A DNA stretch of 64,000 nt from a bacterium (GTDB lineage Bacteria > Patescibacteriota > Saccharimonadia > CAILAD01 > BJGX01), in the NCBI GenBank assembly GCA_029778565.1, contig JAKOQC010000510.1:18838-82837 (forward strand). Reading direction: 5' to 3'. Within the stretch, counting starts at the first letter, position 1; every line of letters begins with the position of its first letter. The translations under genes were made by a program, and so were the position numbers. The notes under the pieces were generated by a model that did not search any database, had not been told where the DNA came from, and saw nothing but the letters and a program-made list of their open reading frames with translations. Of the stretch, positions 10,364 through 20,376 are shown piece after piece.

Positions 10364-10863
10364 ACCGAGACAACCTCCTTGGTGGCAATGAGTTTGACAT
10401 ATGGCGGAGCAGACTTGAGTCGTGTATTAACATTACGAATAATCTGATCGAGATTACGCTTCTTCTCCATTGAGGTCACAATTACTCGCTGTGCATAAGA
10501 AGCTAGCTCGCTTCTCTGTGCGTACGTAACCTTGGTGCCATTCAAGAAATCATCAACCAAGCGCTCTGGTGACAGGCGACCATCTTTGATAGCCTGATTA
10601 ACCTCAAACTCTCGGTAAAGTTTCAGAATATTCGAGCGTGAAGCGAAGTATCGCTTGATACGACGTTGGTATTCTCTGGTAAGATTCTTTTTTTCATTGG
10701 GTGTTGCATCAATTGCAAAAATTGCCTTTGTCACCAATTGCTCAACAAATGCTTCCCGTTGCTGAGTTGGCAACAGCGGAATATGGCCATCTTCTACCAT
10801 TCTGAGATACCTTGAGGTAGCTACAAGATTGATATAATCGCGAATCTTGGGTGTTAGGTGCAC
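10360..10863 (-). CDS. Hypothetical protein
   Basis: GGAGG SD before GTG; TTGATT-N17-TATAGT upstream. Confidence 0.65.
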   Translation of the reverse strand: MHLTPKIRDYINLVATSRYLRMVEDGHIPLLPTQQREAFVEQLVTKAIFAIDATPNEKKNLTREYQRRIKRYFASRSNILKLYREFEVNQAIKDGRLSPERLVDDFLNGTKVTYAQRSELASYAQRVIVTSMEKKRNLDQIIRNVNTRLKSAPPYVKLIATKEVVSV

Positions 10864-10920
10864 TTCATTACCTCCAGAGGTCGAAGTATTTGCCCACTAT
10901 ACGACTTTTTAACTAATTAA

Positions 10921-11469
10921 TCAATAGTTTTGAATAATGTCTAAAACAAGCGGAAAGTCTGTACCCTCGCGTGCAATAAAGTGCCCTTGATTTTTTATCT
11001 CAAATGTTTGGCCACCCAATTGATGGGCTAACTGTTTGCTTCGGAATGGTCTTACCATAAGATCGTTATCTGAATATATATGATACACATTATCTACATG
11101 CTCCTTTACCAACGCTAGGTCTGGTTTGGGAGAAAAATATCTACTTAGACTACGTCCGCCATTGGTTAAAAACCCGGCTACTAGTATTAATTTGGTAGCT
11201 CGTTCTGTTCCCTTGTACTGTTCTAAAACTCGTAAAAGTGTAAACGTGCCAAGCGAGTGGCCCACAAGCGCAGTGTGTTGGTCCAACTTTCCAATTGCCT
11301 TTGCTGCTGTCTGCTCCCAATCTTTTAGACTGGGTAGTTTAGGGTTAGGCATGGCTGGTGCGATAACCTCCACCCCACTAGCTGTAAGTTCTTTTGCTAG
11401 CCAACCAAACCACCCACGGTGGGGTTTATCAGCCCAGCCATGGATAATAATTACTCTTTTTATCTTCAT
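10921..11469 (-). CDS. Alpha/beta hydrolase, YdeN/RBBP9 family
   Basis: IIHGW, GHSLG nucleophile, SDND, GHF. Confidence 0.9.
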   Translation of the reverse strand: MKIKRVIIIHGWADKPHRGWFGWLAKELTASGVEVIAPAMPNPKLPSLKDWEQTAAKAIGKLDQHTALVGHSLGTFTLLRVLEQYKGTERATKLILVAGFLTNGGRSLSRYFSPKPDLALVKEHVDNVYHIYSDNDLMVRPFRSKQLAHQLGGQTFEIKNQGHFIAREGTDFPLVLDIIQNY

Positions 11470-11536
11470 TGGGTTATTGTAACATGTCAAAATTCTTATG
11501 GTTTGGCTAATAAATTAACTTCGGTATAGTAAAGTT

Positions 11537-13441
11537 ATGTTTATCTATACTCGGCTCGAAAAGCACATACAACAATCTCAGCCCAAGACTATTACAGTTG
11601 ATGTATTCGATACCGTATTAATGCGCAGAAATCGTGCCGAGCAATGGCATTTTTGGCAGTTCTCTAAAAAAGCGGCTAGTACATTACAGAAAAGTAACAT
11701 AAGTTGTTCACCACTCTTATATTTCTCGCTGCGTAATTATTACAACCAAGTTTTGCGCAGGGCCAATCTAGACCAGGGATACGACCACGAGGCGAGCCTA
11801 GACTCGGTTAATGCCGCAATTATTGCTGAGTTGAGCCGGCGTAAGAAGACAAAATTAACTCCAACTAAACAAAAAGATTTGTGCAAAAAACTTACCCAAG
11901 CCGAAATTCAATTTGAGCACGAACACCTCTTTGTTAATAAAAACTTAATTAAGACATTAAAACACTCCGGGTTACCCATCTACTTTTTGACAGATATGTA
12001 CTTCGAATCTGGCCAGATACAACAATTATTAAAAATGTTTGGGCTTACCTATAAGGGCGTTAGCTCGGCCGACCATTTGCATGGCAAAAGTAGCGGGCGA
12101 AGTTTTGCAAGACTATGTGACAAATTCCCTACGGTGCAAGTTGCTACCAATCTTCATATAGGTGACCATCGTCAAGCCGATATTGCTGTACCCGAAGGTA
12201 TGGGAATGATGGTTTTCTGGCTCAATCTGCCATTTCATCGGTTGCGCTTATTGATAACAAAATACTTCTTTGGCCTGCTTGTAAGAATTATTTCTACATC
12301 TGCTATCAGAAAAGAATATAAAAAAATAACTCGGCGACTATTTGCACAAAGAAAGACCGCCAGCACTATAGGTAGTATATTTGCACCAGCAATTATTTAT
12401 TACACACATTATTTAGCCAGCATAAGCTCTGCAAGACAAGCAAAAGTAGCTTTTATATCGAGTGAGTCATATACTCTAAGTAACTTTTATAGACAGTTAG
12501 GTTTTCGCAATTATGCACTACTGCCCACATTTAATCGAACTCGATTAATTCGCGCGTACTGTTATTTGCAACACAAAAATGGCAGTAGCTATCTCTCGCT
12601 GCTACCGATGATAAAGAAGGTACAGCGCCGCAAAACAAATTACGATGCCCTTACCACGCTCGGTGCTCTTACGAATAATAATCAATATCATTTAGTGGGT
12701 AAGAAGGCCTTTAGCGAATATTTAGAGAAAAATGATCACCAAATTACCAAGGAGTTAAAGAAAGTCTATACACAAACCGTGCGCGAGTTTAGCAAGGTAG
12801 CTAAAATAAAAGACCTAAACAAGGTTATTCTTGCCGACGTTGGCTGGAACTCTACTATTCAAATACTGCTGAATGAAATTTTAAAAATTAACAACTATAA
12901 AAACACTCTTTCTGGTATATATCTTGGGCAAACTGGTAGTAATGTCTTTGACCCGGCAATTTCTGCAGATAGTCGGGGCATTCTGTTTAATAATCTAGAG
13001 GGAACGAATAAATACCTTTATCAGCCCGAAGTCTGGGAAAGTTTTTTAAACACCGATAATGTCTCGCACCCAACTCGAGAACAGATACTCGAGAGTGCCT
13101 CTGAATGTATTAAGGTCTACCAAAGATCAAACCTCTCTCCCCTCGATTATTACCTCGCGAGTAAGAAAAATTTAATAGGTACCTTAGCATCACCCAGACG
13201 TTGGCTTATAGCAATATTTGCTCGCCTGCAGTTTGACTACGGTACGGGTAATGAAAGGCCTGTACCATTAGTGGATACTACCCGATCCCCATTATTCATA
13301 TATCGATTATTGCTTAGAGATAGAGCCCAATTTAAACAGTTTTATCATGACAATGGCTGGAAGTGGGGTGCGGCCACATGGTATCATTTTCGTCTACTGT
13401 ATCGCTTGTGGCGCAAAAAAACAAAAAAACCCAGCTTTTAA
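11537..13441 (+). CDS. HAD-superfamily hydrolase, glycan-locus type
   Basis: DVFDTV motif I, TDMY, HIGDHRQAD, later DVGW. Confidence 0.75.
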   Translation: MFIYTRLEKHIQQSQPKTITVDVFDTVLMRRNRAEQWHFWQFSKKAASTLQKSNISCSPLLYFSLRNYYNQVLRRANLDQGYDHEASLDSVNAAIIAELSRRKKTKLTPTKQKDLCKKLTQAEIQFEHEHLFVNKNLIKTLKHSGLPIYFLTDMYFESGQIQQLLKMFGLTYKGVSSADHLHGKSSGRSFARLCDKFPTVQVATNLHIGDHRQADIAVPEGMGMMVFWLNLPFHRLRLLITKYFFGLLVRIISTSAIRKEYKKITRRLFAQRKTASTIGSIFAPAIIYYTHYLASISSARQAKVAFISSESYTLSNFYRQLGFRNYALLPTFNRTRLIRAYCYLQHKNGSSYLSLLPMIKKVQRRKTNYDALTTLGALTNNNQYHLVGKKAFSEYLEKNDHQITKELKKVYTQTVREFSKVAKIKDLNKVILADVGWNSTIQILLNEILKINNYKNTLSGIYLGQTGSNVFDPAISADSRGILFNNLEGTNKYLYQPEVWESFLNTDNVSHPTREQILESASECIKVYQRSNLSPLDYYLASKKNLIGTLASPRRWLIAIFARLQFDYGTGNERPVPLVDTTRSPLFIYRLLLRDRAQFKQFYHDNGWKWGAATWYHFRLLYRLWRKKTKKPSF

Positions 13442-14280
13442 AGCAAGTCTTTGGCGTTATAACCTAGCAAATTAGCCATGTCACTCAACCCTGGCGTATC
13501 AAACAATACTTGAGTATCATAAGTAATTTTTTGTTGCTCGGTTGGATTAGTTTTAAGCGGGTTAAGATCGAATACTCTTTTACTAAGTCGTCTTGCGCTT
13601 TCTCGTATTTTTTTACTCCCTTGCTCTTCTAGGCGAGCAGCCGGATTACCGCCAATTGCATGAATAGGTTTCGTCTGGGGTTGAATTTTATATTGCAGAC
13701 CAAGAAAACTCTCTATGCTGTGTATTATATTTGCCCTATTCTGCATAAAATCTTCATTGCGTACCACAAAGTAAGAAACTCCCAAACGATTAAGTGTTCT
13801 TAATGTATCAAAATACGTATCTCTCCAAGCATTGGCTGCCAACCAAGCAGAATCTATTTCTCTATCTAAACAACTTTGCACATAATATTTAGGGTTTTTG
13901 ACGGTTATTAGTACACGAATTTTATCTATTGATGTTTCTTCTGCTAAAAGTCGCAACCAAGCCGCATGTTTACTGGCATCGATAATAGTTTTGGTTTTTA
14001 AATGTCGTAACAAATATCGATGTGCTTCGCTTGGATGTTTATCTTTAAGTCTTTTAAATAGACTGCTATTAAAGATCTGGCAAGTTGCTTCATTTATCTG
14101 GCATGCAGAGCACGTACCGACTATATTATCTAGCTGATACTTTTCGAACAAACCAGGTGCTCGCGAAAGCTCACCTACATAGGTAAGCTTGTTTTTTGTA
14201 CTATGTAACGCCATACCTAGAGCAGTAGACCCACTATAGGCTGTGCCCAACAAAACAATACTCTCTAAACTTTTGCTCAT
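13438..14280 (-). CDS. Sulfotransferase-family protein
   Basis: PAPS loop YSGSTAL, IDASK, VRNEDF, H-x-IGGN. Confidence 0.75.
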   Translation of the reverse strand: MSKSLESIVLLGTAYSGSTALGMALHSTKNKLTYVGELSRAPGLFEKYQLDNIVGTCSACQINEATCQIFNSSLFKRLKDKHPSEAHRYLLRHLKTKTIIDASKHAAWLRLLAEETSIDKIRVLITVKNPKYYVQSCLDREIDSAWLAANAWRDTYFDTLRTLNRLGVSYFVVRNEDFMQNRANIIHSIESFLGLQYKIQPQTKPIHAIGGNPAARLEEQGSKKIRESARRLSKRVFDLNPLKTNPTEQQKITYDTQVLFDTPGLSDMANLLGYNAKDLL

Positions 14281-14317
14281 GTACTTTAGTCTAGGCGAAA
14301 TCGACCTAGCTATGCAA

Positions 14318-15583
14318 CTACTTCCAGGCCCAGGTTTTTACAATATTGTCACTAACTGTTTTAGAAGCATCATCGTTATAACTAGTAGTAATAGTAAATG
14401 CGGTTACTGGAGCGCCATTAAAGGTGTAGTTTTTACCTGTTGGAATGACTGCAATAACTTGTTGAGTAGTACCATTTACCGATTGAACAAGCTTAATTGC
14501 ATCAATATTATTTAGCTGAATCTTGTCATTCGAGATGGGTGTACCGGCCTTAAGAGTATTAGAAAACGTTGTTAAGTCACCCACTGCTGCTGTAGAAGGT
14601 GTAACTGTAATACTATACTGCGAGGTAGCACCAAATTTGGCACCAATATTACAGGCCGTTTTTGTAAAATCAATAGTTGTCTGACTAACAATACCAAAGC
14701 TATAACAATCACGCACGACTTGCTTGTATCCATCTGGAAGCGCCGCTGGCTGGGTAGCAGTAGTTTGTGTTTGTACAGTCTGATCATTCAGCTCGATGGC
14801 AGGTTTTCGTTGGTTACGAGCCGAAAAGACCAAAATGAGCGAAAGAATAATCATTAATGCCAACGCAGCCACAATAATAATAATAAACTTAAGTGGCCCT
14901 TTCTTGCGGGTTGTGTCGGTCATTGCTAAATCAGTAATGTCCGAATTAAAACTCGTACCTAAATCGGTTGGTAACCCACCAGACATAGGCTGCTCTGGTG
15001 TTACTGGGGGTGTATTAAACGAAGTATCAGCTACGGCAGGTGCTGGCATTGGGTTAACTTCAACCCCCGGCTGCATAGCACCTGGTTGAACTGGTTGCGG
15101 TGTTAGAGGTGGCTGATTGCTGAGATCGAGCGTATTTGCATCGGGAATTGCTGGAGTAGCCGGCTGTCCAATTGGCTGTTGTACTGGAGCAGCTTGCTGT
15201 GGTTGAGTTGGTGAGTTAGAAAATGGCGAAAGCACATAATTATCTTGTGGTGGCGGAGTAGCAGCTGGCATTGGGTTGGTAGGAGCGGTCAGAGAAGGAT
15301 TCTCTGGTTCTGGAGGTAAACTAGCAGCATCAGCCTGTGCCTGAGCCTGCCACTGGGGTTGTGGCATTGGTTGTGGGGTAGGAGCAGCGGGTTGTGGCGC
15401 AGCCGTAGCATTTGGGTCGGGCGCTGGCATAGGTACGCCAGTTACAGGGTCTGGTACCTGAACGGGATTTTGGGCAGCAAAAGGATTCGCCGGCTGAGCT
15501 GCAGCAGGCTGTTGTGCCGGTGGTACGGATCCCCCTGTATTCTCCGCTGGGGGTATCGGAAATGTGTTGTCTTGTGGATCCAT
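14318..15583 (-). CDS. Pro/Gln-rich membrane-anchored protein
   Basis: Long low-complexity P/Q/A N-terminus, single TM, C-terminal exported domain. Confidence 0.8.
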   Translation of the reverse strand: MDPQDNTFPIPPAENTGGSVPPAQQPAAAQPANPFAAQNPVQVPDPVTGVPMPAPDPNATAAPQPAAPTPQPMPQPQWQAQAQADAASLPPEPENPSLTAPTNPMPAATPPPQDNYVLSPFSNSPTQPQQAAPVQQPIGQPATPAIPDANTLDLSNQPPLTPQPVQPGAMQPGVEVNPMPAPAVADTSFNTPPVTPEQPMSGGLPTDLGTSFNSDITDLAMTDTTRKKGPLKFIIIIVAALALMIILSLILVFSARNQRKPAIELNDQTVQTQTTATQPAALPDGYKQVVRDCYSFGIVSQTTIDFTKTACNIGAKFGATSQYSITVTPSTAAVGDLTTFSNTLKAGTPISNDKIQLNNIDAIKLVQSVNGTTQQVIAVIPTGKNYTFNGAPVTAFTITTSYNDDASKTVSDNIVKTWAWK

Positions 15584-15639
15584 ATATTACTCGTACTAAT
15601 TATAACAATATCAGCTTAAAATGGCTATGTTTACTTAGG

Positions 15640-16536
15640 CTAATTTGTATCTTTTTCTAAATACTGGGTATATGGCGACCAATCCCCGCCCAGTAAGCTA
15701 ACGCATAGATCTCCAGCCAAAAGCACTGTCTTGTTATCAATATCTCTTTCTGGGTTAACCTCTACACAGTCGAGCGCAATTATGTCTTCTTTAGCCAATT
15801 CTCTACACAAATACGAGACCTCTCGATAGCTTAAACCGCCTCTATTAACAATTCCTGTTCCCGGTGCCTCAGAAGAGTCTATTGAGTCAATATCGAGACT
15901 AACATGCAGTGGCCGCCCAGCAACTTTTTGCCGTACTTCATCAAGAACCGTAGCTATTCCATGCCGAATAATATCATCAATTGTGTAATAGGTAATATTA
16001 TGTGATTGCATATAGCGATACTCTGCCTCGTCAATATCTTTTGCACCAACAATAAAAATTTCGTCATATTGGTATTTGGGTAACTCAAAATCCGCCCACA
16101 AAGCATCTCCAAGCACGGTAGAAAGCGGCATACCATGTATGTTTCCGGTTGGTGAATCTATTGGGTTACTACAATCTGGGTGAGCATCAATGTAGACTAT
16201 GCAGGTTTGAGAGTTGCGGGCTTTAGAGGCAAACAGAGATCCAATTGAAATAGAGTGATCACCACCCAGCGTCAAAACTATATCTTTATCTACTGCCGAA
16301 GAAGTAATTTGTTCAAACAAAGTCTTATTAAAGGATATGAGGCTGTCTAAGTTACGAAGTTTTTTACCTGTATTGTCCGCCTCTTTAACCGCCACAATTG
16401 GTTCTAACTCGCTAAACGGGAACTTGTTTTTCTCTAGTCCAGCACGCAAGGTTGTATTAAGAATAGTGGCCGGTGCCTTCTCGCTCCCCTGGTTAAATGA
16501 CCCTAAACTGGTTGCCGCCTGAACAATTTTTAACAT
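15640..16536 (-). CDS. Arginase-family ureohydrolase
   Basis: GGDHS, DAHPD, SPTGNIHGMP, SLDIDSID, APGTG. Confidence 0.9.
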   Translation of the reverse strand: MLKIVQAATSLGSFNQGSEKAPATILNTTLRAGLEKNKFPFSELEPIVAVKEADNTGKKLRNLDSLISFNKTLFEQITSSAVDKDIVLTLGGDHSISIGSLFASKARNSQTCIVYIDAHPDCSNPIDSPTGNIHGMPLSTVLGDALWADFELPKYQYDEIFIVGAKDIDEAEYRYMQSHNITYYTIDDIIRHGIATVLDEVRQKVAGRPLHVSLDIDSIDSSEAPGTGIVNRGGLSYREVSYLCRELAKEDIIALDCVEVNPERDIDNKTVLLAGDLCVSLLGGDWSPYTQYLEKDTN

Positions 16537-16555
16537 ATCACCAGTATGGGTTATT

Positions 16556-17776
16556 TTAGGCAGATTGTGAAGAACCTTTAAACTGCTTAGCCCATTCTGG
16601 CAGTTGTCCACCTAGTGAGTTTGTTACCATAGTATCAGGATTAATGCCAGCCATTATTAATGCTTGTCTAAAGTACTTTTTAGCTTCCTCTCTTAGTAAT
16701 CCCGGGGTTAAGTTAGTAATATTTTGTTCATCAGCTTTTATCCTAGCTGTCTCAAAAGCTAGTGTCATACATACCGAAATCAAATGATTATATGAGAGTG
16801 TATCTCTACCCTCATAACTCAGTAGAGCATTGTAGTACCTTGGTTCTGGTGCAAAACTAACACCCCTACATAATTCGTTGGCTGTTATTACCCCGCTTTC
16901 ACTCAACAACTCATTCGGACAGTACTGATTGAAAGCAGTTATTAAATTAATTATTTGTTCGCTGGTGTTAGTGTCTTGTACATAGATAATAATTGACTCT
17001 TGTCGAGCTGATAATAAGGTGGGTATTTTAAAATATATCTCATCATTCAGACCAGTTACTTCTAAAGCTCGTTGAAAACTCTGCAGTACTCCAGCCGGAT
17101 CTTTCGAAAGATCGGCAGAGATATATATTCTGCTCTCTGTTTTACCAGGTAATTCAGAGTTGAAATGCCAAAATAAACCACTATCTTGCTCGACGATGTG
17201 TTCGTTAGAATGCACCGCACAAATCGCTTTAAAGGCCTTACTGTAACCATCTTGTTTACTGCGAAGAACATTGTAATCAATCGGCTGTCTAACAATATCA
17301 TTATAAGGATCTGCGTAGTTTGCCCCGGAACCATGTAGTAAAAACATCTTTGCCAATACGGGGTCTATTTCTCTGCTTCTAACTTTTTCTACCACTGTGG
17401 CACGCATAGTACTAAATAATCTGTCTGCTTCTTGCCAAGCCTTTGTAAAACGTTCTGACCGACCTTTGTATTTCTCTTTCAAATGGGCGTAAATGCCAGC
17501 TCTTTGTTTATCAAAAATATCATTATGAGGAACATTCCAGTCAGTTCTTCTATCCCCATGTAGCGGTGCAATATATTCAAGAGGTTGACTCCGGCTCCAA
17601 CTATGCCTTTGGGCGTTCATTGCGAGCTGTCGATAAACCCTGTCGAATACTTTATCGGCTTCAGGCACCAAAGCCTCTTTAGTTTCGGCCATATTTTTTA
17701 GGCCAGCATACAAATCTTTTCTATCAGCTAAGTATGGTTTATCGTCTGCTAAATTACTCTCTTTTAGCTGTGGCAT
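16556..17776 (-). CDS. HopA1-like effector-family protein
   Basis: RIYIS..YFKIP..RQESIIIY..GVSFAPEP..SY pattern resembling the HopA1 family. Confidence 0.55.
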   Translation of the reverse strand: MPQLKESNLADDKPYLADRKDLYAGLKNMAETKEALVPEADKVFDRVYRQLAMNAQRHSWSRSQPLEYIAPLHGDRRTDWNVPHNDIFDKQRAGIYAHLKEKYKGRSERFTKAWQEADRLFSTMRATVVEKVRSREIDPVLAKMFLLHGSGANYADPYNDIVRQPIDYNVLRSKQDGYSKAFKAICAVHSNEHIVEQDSGLFWHFNSELPGKTESRIYISADLSKDPAGVLQSFQRALEVTGLNDEIYFKIPTLLSARQESIIIYVQDTNTSEQIINLITAFNQYCPNELLSESGVITANELCRGVSFAPEPRYYNALLSYEGRDTLSYNHLISVCMTLAFETARIKADEQNITNLTPGLLREEAKKYFRQALIMAGINPDTMVTNSLGGQLPEWAKQFKGSSQSA

Positions 17777-17807
17777 TATAATCTCACTTTACTGATATAA
17801 TAGTAGC

Positions 17808-19115
17808 ATGAAGCCTATCAAAAAAATATTACATACTATTATCCCCCAAGGTACTAAAGACGCATTGCACTACCCCGAGTCCAAATATTATTCTCGTAAG
17901 TACCATTTTCCTACACAAGGGATGATAACTATTGGTGTTATTGGCAGCAAGGGCAAAACCACCACATCAAATATGATATGGGCGGTACTTACTGCTAGTG
18001 GAGCAAAAGTTGGCCAAATAGGTACTGCCAATATCCGTATTGGCGCAAAAGAAGAGCTAAATAAATATCATATGACTATGCCGGGGCCTGCTGCTCTGCA
18101 AAAAATACTGGCCGAAATGAAAGCTGCGGACTGCAAATACGTGGTAATGGAGGTGCCGAGCGAAGCCCAAACTCAATGGCGTCACATAGGTATAAATTTT
18201 GATATGCTAGTCTTTACCAATGTAGAGCGAGAAATTATGGCATCGCATAGAGGTAGTATGGAGGTACTACATCAACACAACAAACGCGTCTTTAAGGCGA
18301 CCGCCAAAGGTACCCGCAAAGAAATGGATGGCAAAAAAATCCCCAAGATTATTATTGCTAACGCCGATAGTAAATATAGCTCTAGCTATATGGATTTTGC
18401 AGTTGATAAAAAAGCTACCTACAGCACTCATGCCGTTAGTGATTATCAGGCAAAAAATATTGTCTCGAACGCAAAAGGCGTAGATTTTGAGCTAAACCTC
18501 GACAAATATCATGTTAATATTCTTGGCGAGATTAACGCCGAAAACGCCACTGCAGCGGTTGCTGTCGGTAAAGAGTTAGGAATGGATAGAAAAACCATTC
18601 AGAATGGCTTAAATTCACTCAAAACTATACCTGGCCGTATGGAACCTATCAACCAAGGCCAATCATTTACGGTTTTGGTCGATTATGCGCATTCTCCTGC
18701 TAGTATGGAGGCCCTCATGAAGAGTGCCAAAGCTATGGCTAAAGGTAAAATTATTACCCTACTTGGTGCCGAGGGTGGTGGACGCGATGTAGAAAAGCGG
18801 CCTCTTATGGGTAAATTGGCCGGCGAAGCATCTGACTACGTCGTTATAACTAACGTCGACCCATACGAGGACAATCCACAAACAATCATTGACGATATTG
18901 CTAATGGGGCACGTCAGGCTGGTAAAGTAGATGAAAAAGATCTGTTTTGTATACAAGACCGTCGTGCTGGTATACGCAAAGCATTAAAGTTGGCCAAAAA
19001 GAATAACCTGGTACTAATTACAGGTAAAGGCGCTGAGCAATCAATTGTTATTAATGGTAAATCCACGCCCTGGGATGACAGAAAAGTTGTCCGCGAAGAA
19101 TTAGAAAAACTTTAG
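17808..19115 (+). CDS. murE: Mur ligase (MurE-like)
   Basis: GSKGKTTT, PGRME, DYAHSP, KRPLMG, DRRAGI, GKGAE. Confidence 0.85.
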   Translation: MKPIKKILHTIIPQGTKDALHYPESKYYSRKYHFPTQGMITIGVIGSKGKTTTSNMIWAVLTASGAKVGQIGTANIRIGAKEELNKYHMTMPGPAALQKILAEMKAADCKYVVMEVPSEAQTQWRHIGINFDMLVFTNVEREIMASHRGSMEVLHQHNKRVFKATAKGTRKEMDGKKIPKIIIANADSKYSSSYMDFAVDKKATYSTHAVSDYQAKNIVSNAKGVDFELNLDKYHVNILGEINAENATAAVAVGKELGMDRKTIQNGLNSLKTIPGRMEPINQGQSFTVLVDYAHSPASMEALMKSAKAMAKGKIITLLGAEGGGRDVEKRPLMGKLAGEASDYVVITNVDPYEDNPQTIIDDIANGARQAGKVDEKDLFCIQDRRAGIRKALKLAKKNNLVLITGKGAEQSIVINGKSTPWDDRKVVREELEKL

Positions 19116-19378
19116 TCTAGTAATGAAATAACTTGAAAACCATATTTATCTACTTCTTCTTTTGACCAGTAGATAGGATCTTTCGTTTTACCAACATAGC
19201 CAACTTTCTTTACTACTTCCCTTCCTGTATAAGAATTGGTTTGAGGTTCCCATTCTTGCAGAATTATTGTATCACCAGGATTAACTCGCCAGTCAGCTAG
19301 CCGAAGATCGTATGTTTTTTGGCCACTTAGAATTAGATTGAAAGATTCAGGCCAAATCTTCTTTCTTATTGTTGCCAT
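19112..19378 (-). CDS. ASCH/DUF3850 domain protein
   Basis: KIWPESFNLILSGQKTYDLR, GDTIILQEW, YTGR. Confidence 0.8.
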   Translation of the reverse strand: MATIRKKIWPESFNLILSGQKTYDLRLADWRVNPGDTIILQEWEPQTNSYTGREVVKKVGYVGKTKDPIYWSKEEVDKYGFQVISLLD

Positions 19379-19379
19379 A

Positions 19380-20249
19380 TTATTTCTTGGCAAGTTCTTT
19401 AACAGCTACCGAGCAAAGGCCACTATGCTTCTGTTCGCAATCTTTGCAACAAATAAAGAGTTGGTGACAATCAGGCTTGGCACAATCTATATATCTATCA
19501 CTCGCTTGCTGGCAATGCGCACATTTACCAAGCACTTTTTCGCCAGACTTGGTATCGGTATTAGTAACCATTCTGTCATCAAAGACAAAGTTTTTACCGA
19601 TAAAGTGTCCATCGGGATACTTTTCGAGATACTTTACAATGCCACCTTCTAGTTGATACACATCTTCAAAACCTTCTTCGGCCAATAGAGCAGTAGCTTT
19701 TTCACAACGAATACCACCCGTGCAATAAGTAATTACCTTGTTCTTGGGGTCTATCTTAAGATTTTTTACTTTTTTGGGTAACTCATAAAACTTGGTAGTA
19801 TCCGGCTGAATTGCGCCTTCGAATCGCCCCACCTCGTATTCGTAATTATTGCGCATATCCACCACAGTAATGTCTTTTTCAGTCTCTAGCATAGTATGAA
19901 ACTCTTCTGGGGAGAGATATTTACCGGTTTTCTTAAGATCTACTGGCTTACCTAGTGTGACTATCTCAGGACGACGCTTAACAATCAATTTATGGAAAGG
20001 CATTTTACCAGCAGTAGAACGTTTAAAGACAATGTCTTTAAACAATGGGTGTGTATCCATATAATCTGTATATTGTTTTAGCTGAGCACGGGTACCAGCT
20101 ACCGTACCATTAATGCCTTCTTCGGCTATCAAAATTCGACCCTTTAGGCCAATACCAGCACAAACCAGCTTGTGCTGCATTACCTCAAAAGCCGGATCTT
20201 TAACATCGACAAATTTGTAATATAGTAAGACAAAAATTGTAGAACTCAT
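19380..20249 (-). CDS. trhO: Rhodanese-domain protein, TrhO/YceA family
   Basis: GRILIAEEGINGT, YCTGGIRCEK, FVFDDR. Confidence 0.9.
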   Translation of the reverse strand: MSSTIFVLLYYKFVDVKDPAFEVMQHKLVCAGIGLKGRILIAEEGINGTVAGTRAQLKQYTDYMDTHPLFKDIVFKRSTAGKMPFHKLIVKRRPEIVTLGKPVDLKKTGKYLSPEEFHTMLETEKDITVVDMRNNYEYEVGRFEGAIQPDTTKFYELPKKVKNLKIDPKNKVITYCTGGIRCEKATALLAEEGFEDVYQLEGGIVKYLEKYPDGHFIGKNFVFDDRMVTNTDTKSGEKVLGKCAHCQQASDRYIDCAKPDCHQLFICCKDCEQKHSGLCSVAVKELAKK

Positions 20250-20376
20250 AATTGGTGATTATAGCCGAAAAACGAATAAATTTCTAGATACCATATGCTT
20301 GAATTATGAAGGTCTTATGTGGTAACCTACATGACAGTGTCCGAACCGAACAAGCTAGACCCCCAGGAGGAAGTTC

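Noticed and set aside
14940-15583. Pro/Gln-rich region as a tandem DNA repeat
   Set aside because: Low-complexity protein sequence without exact nucleotide periodicity.
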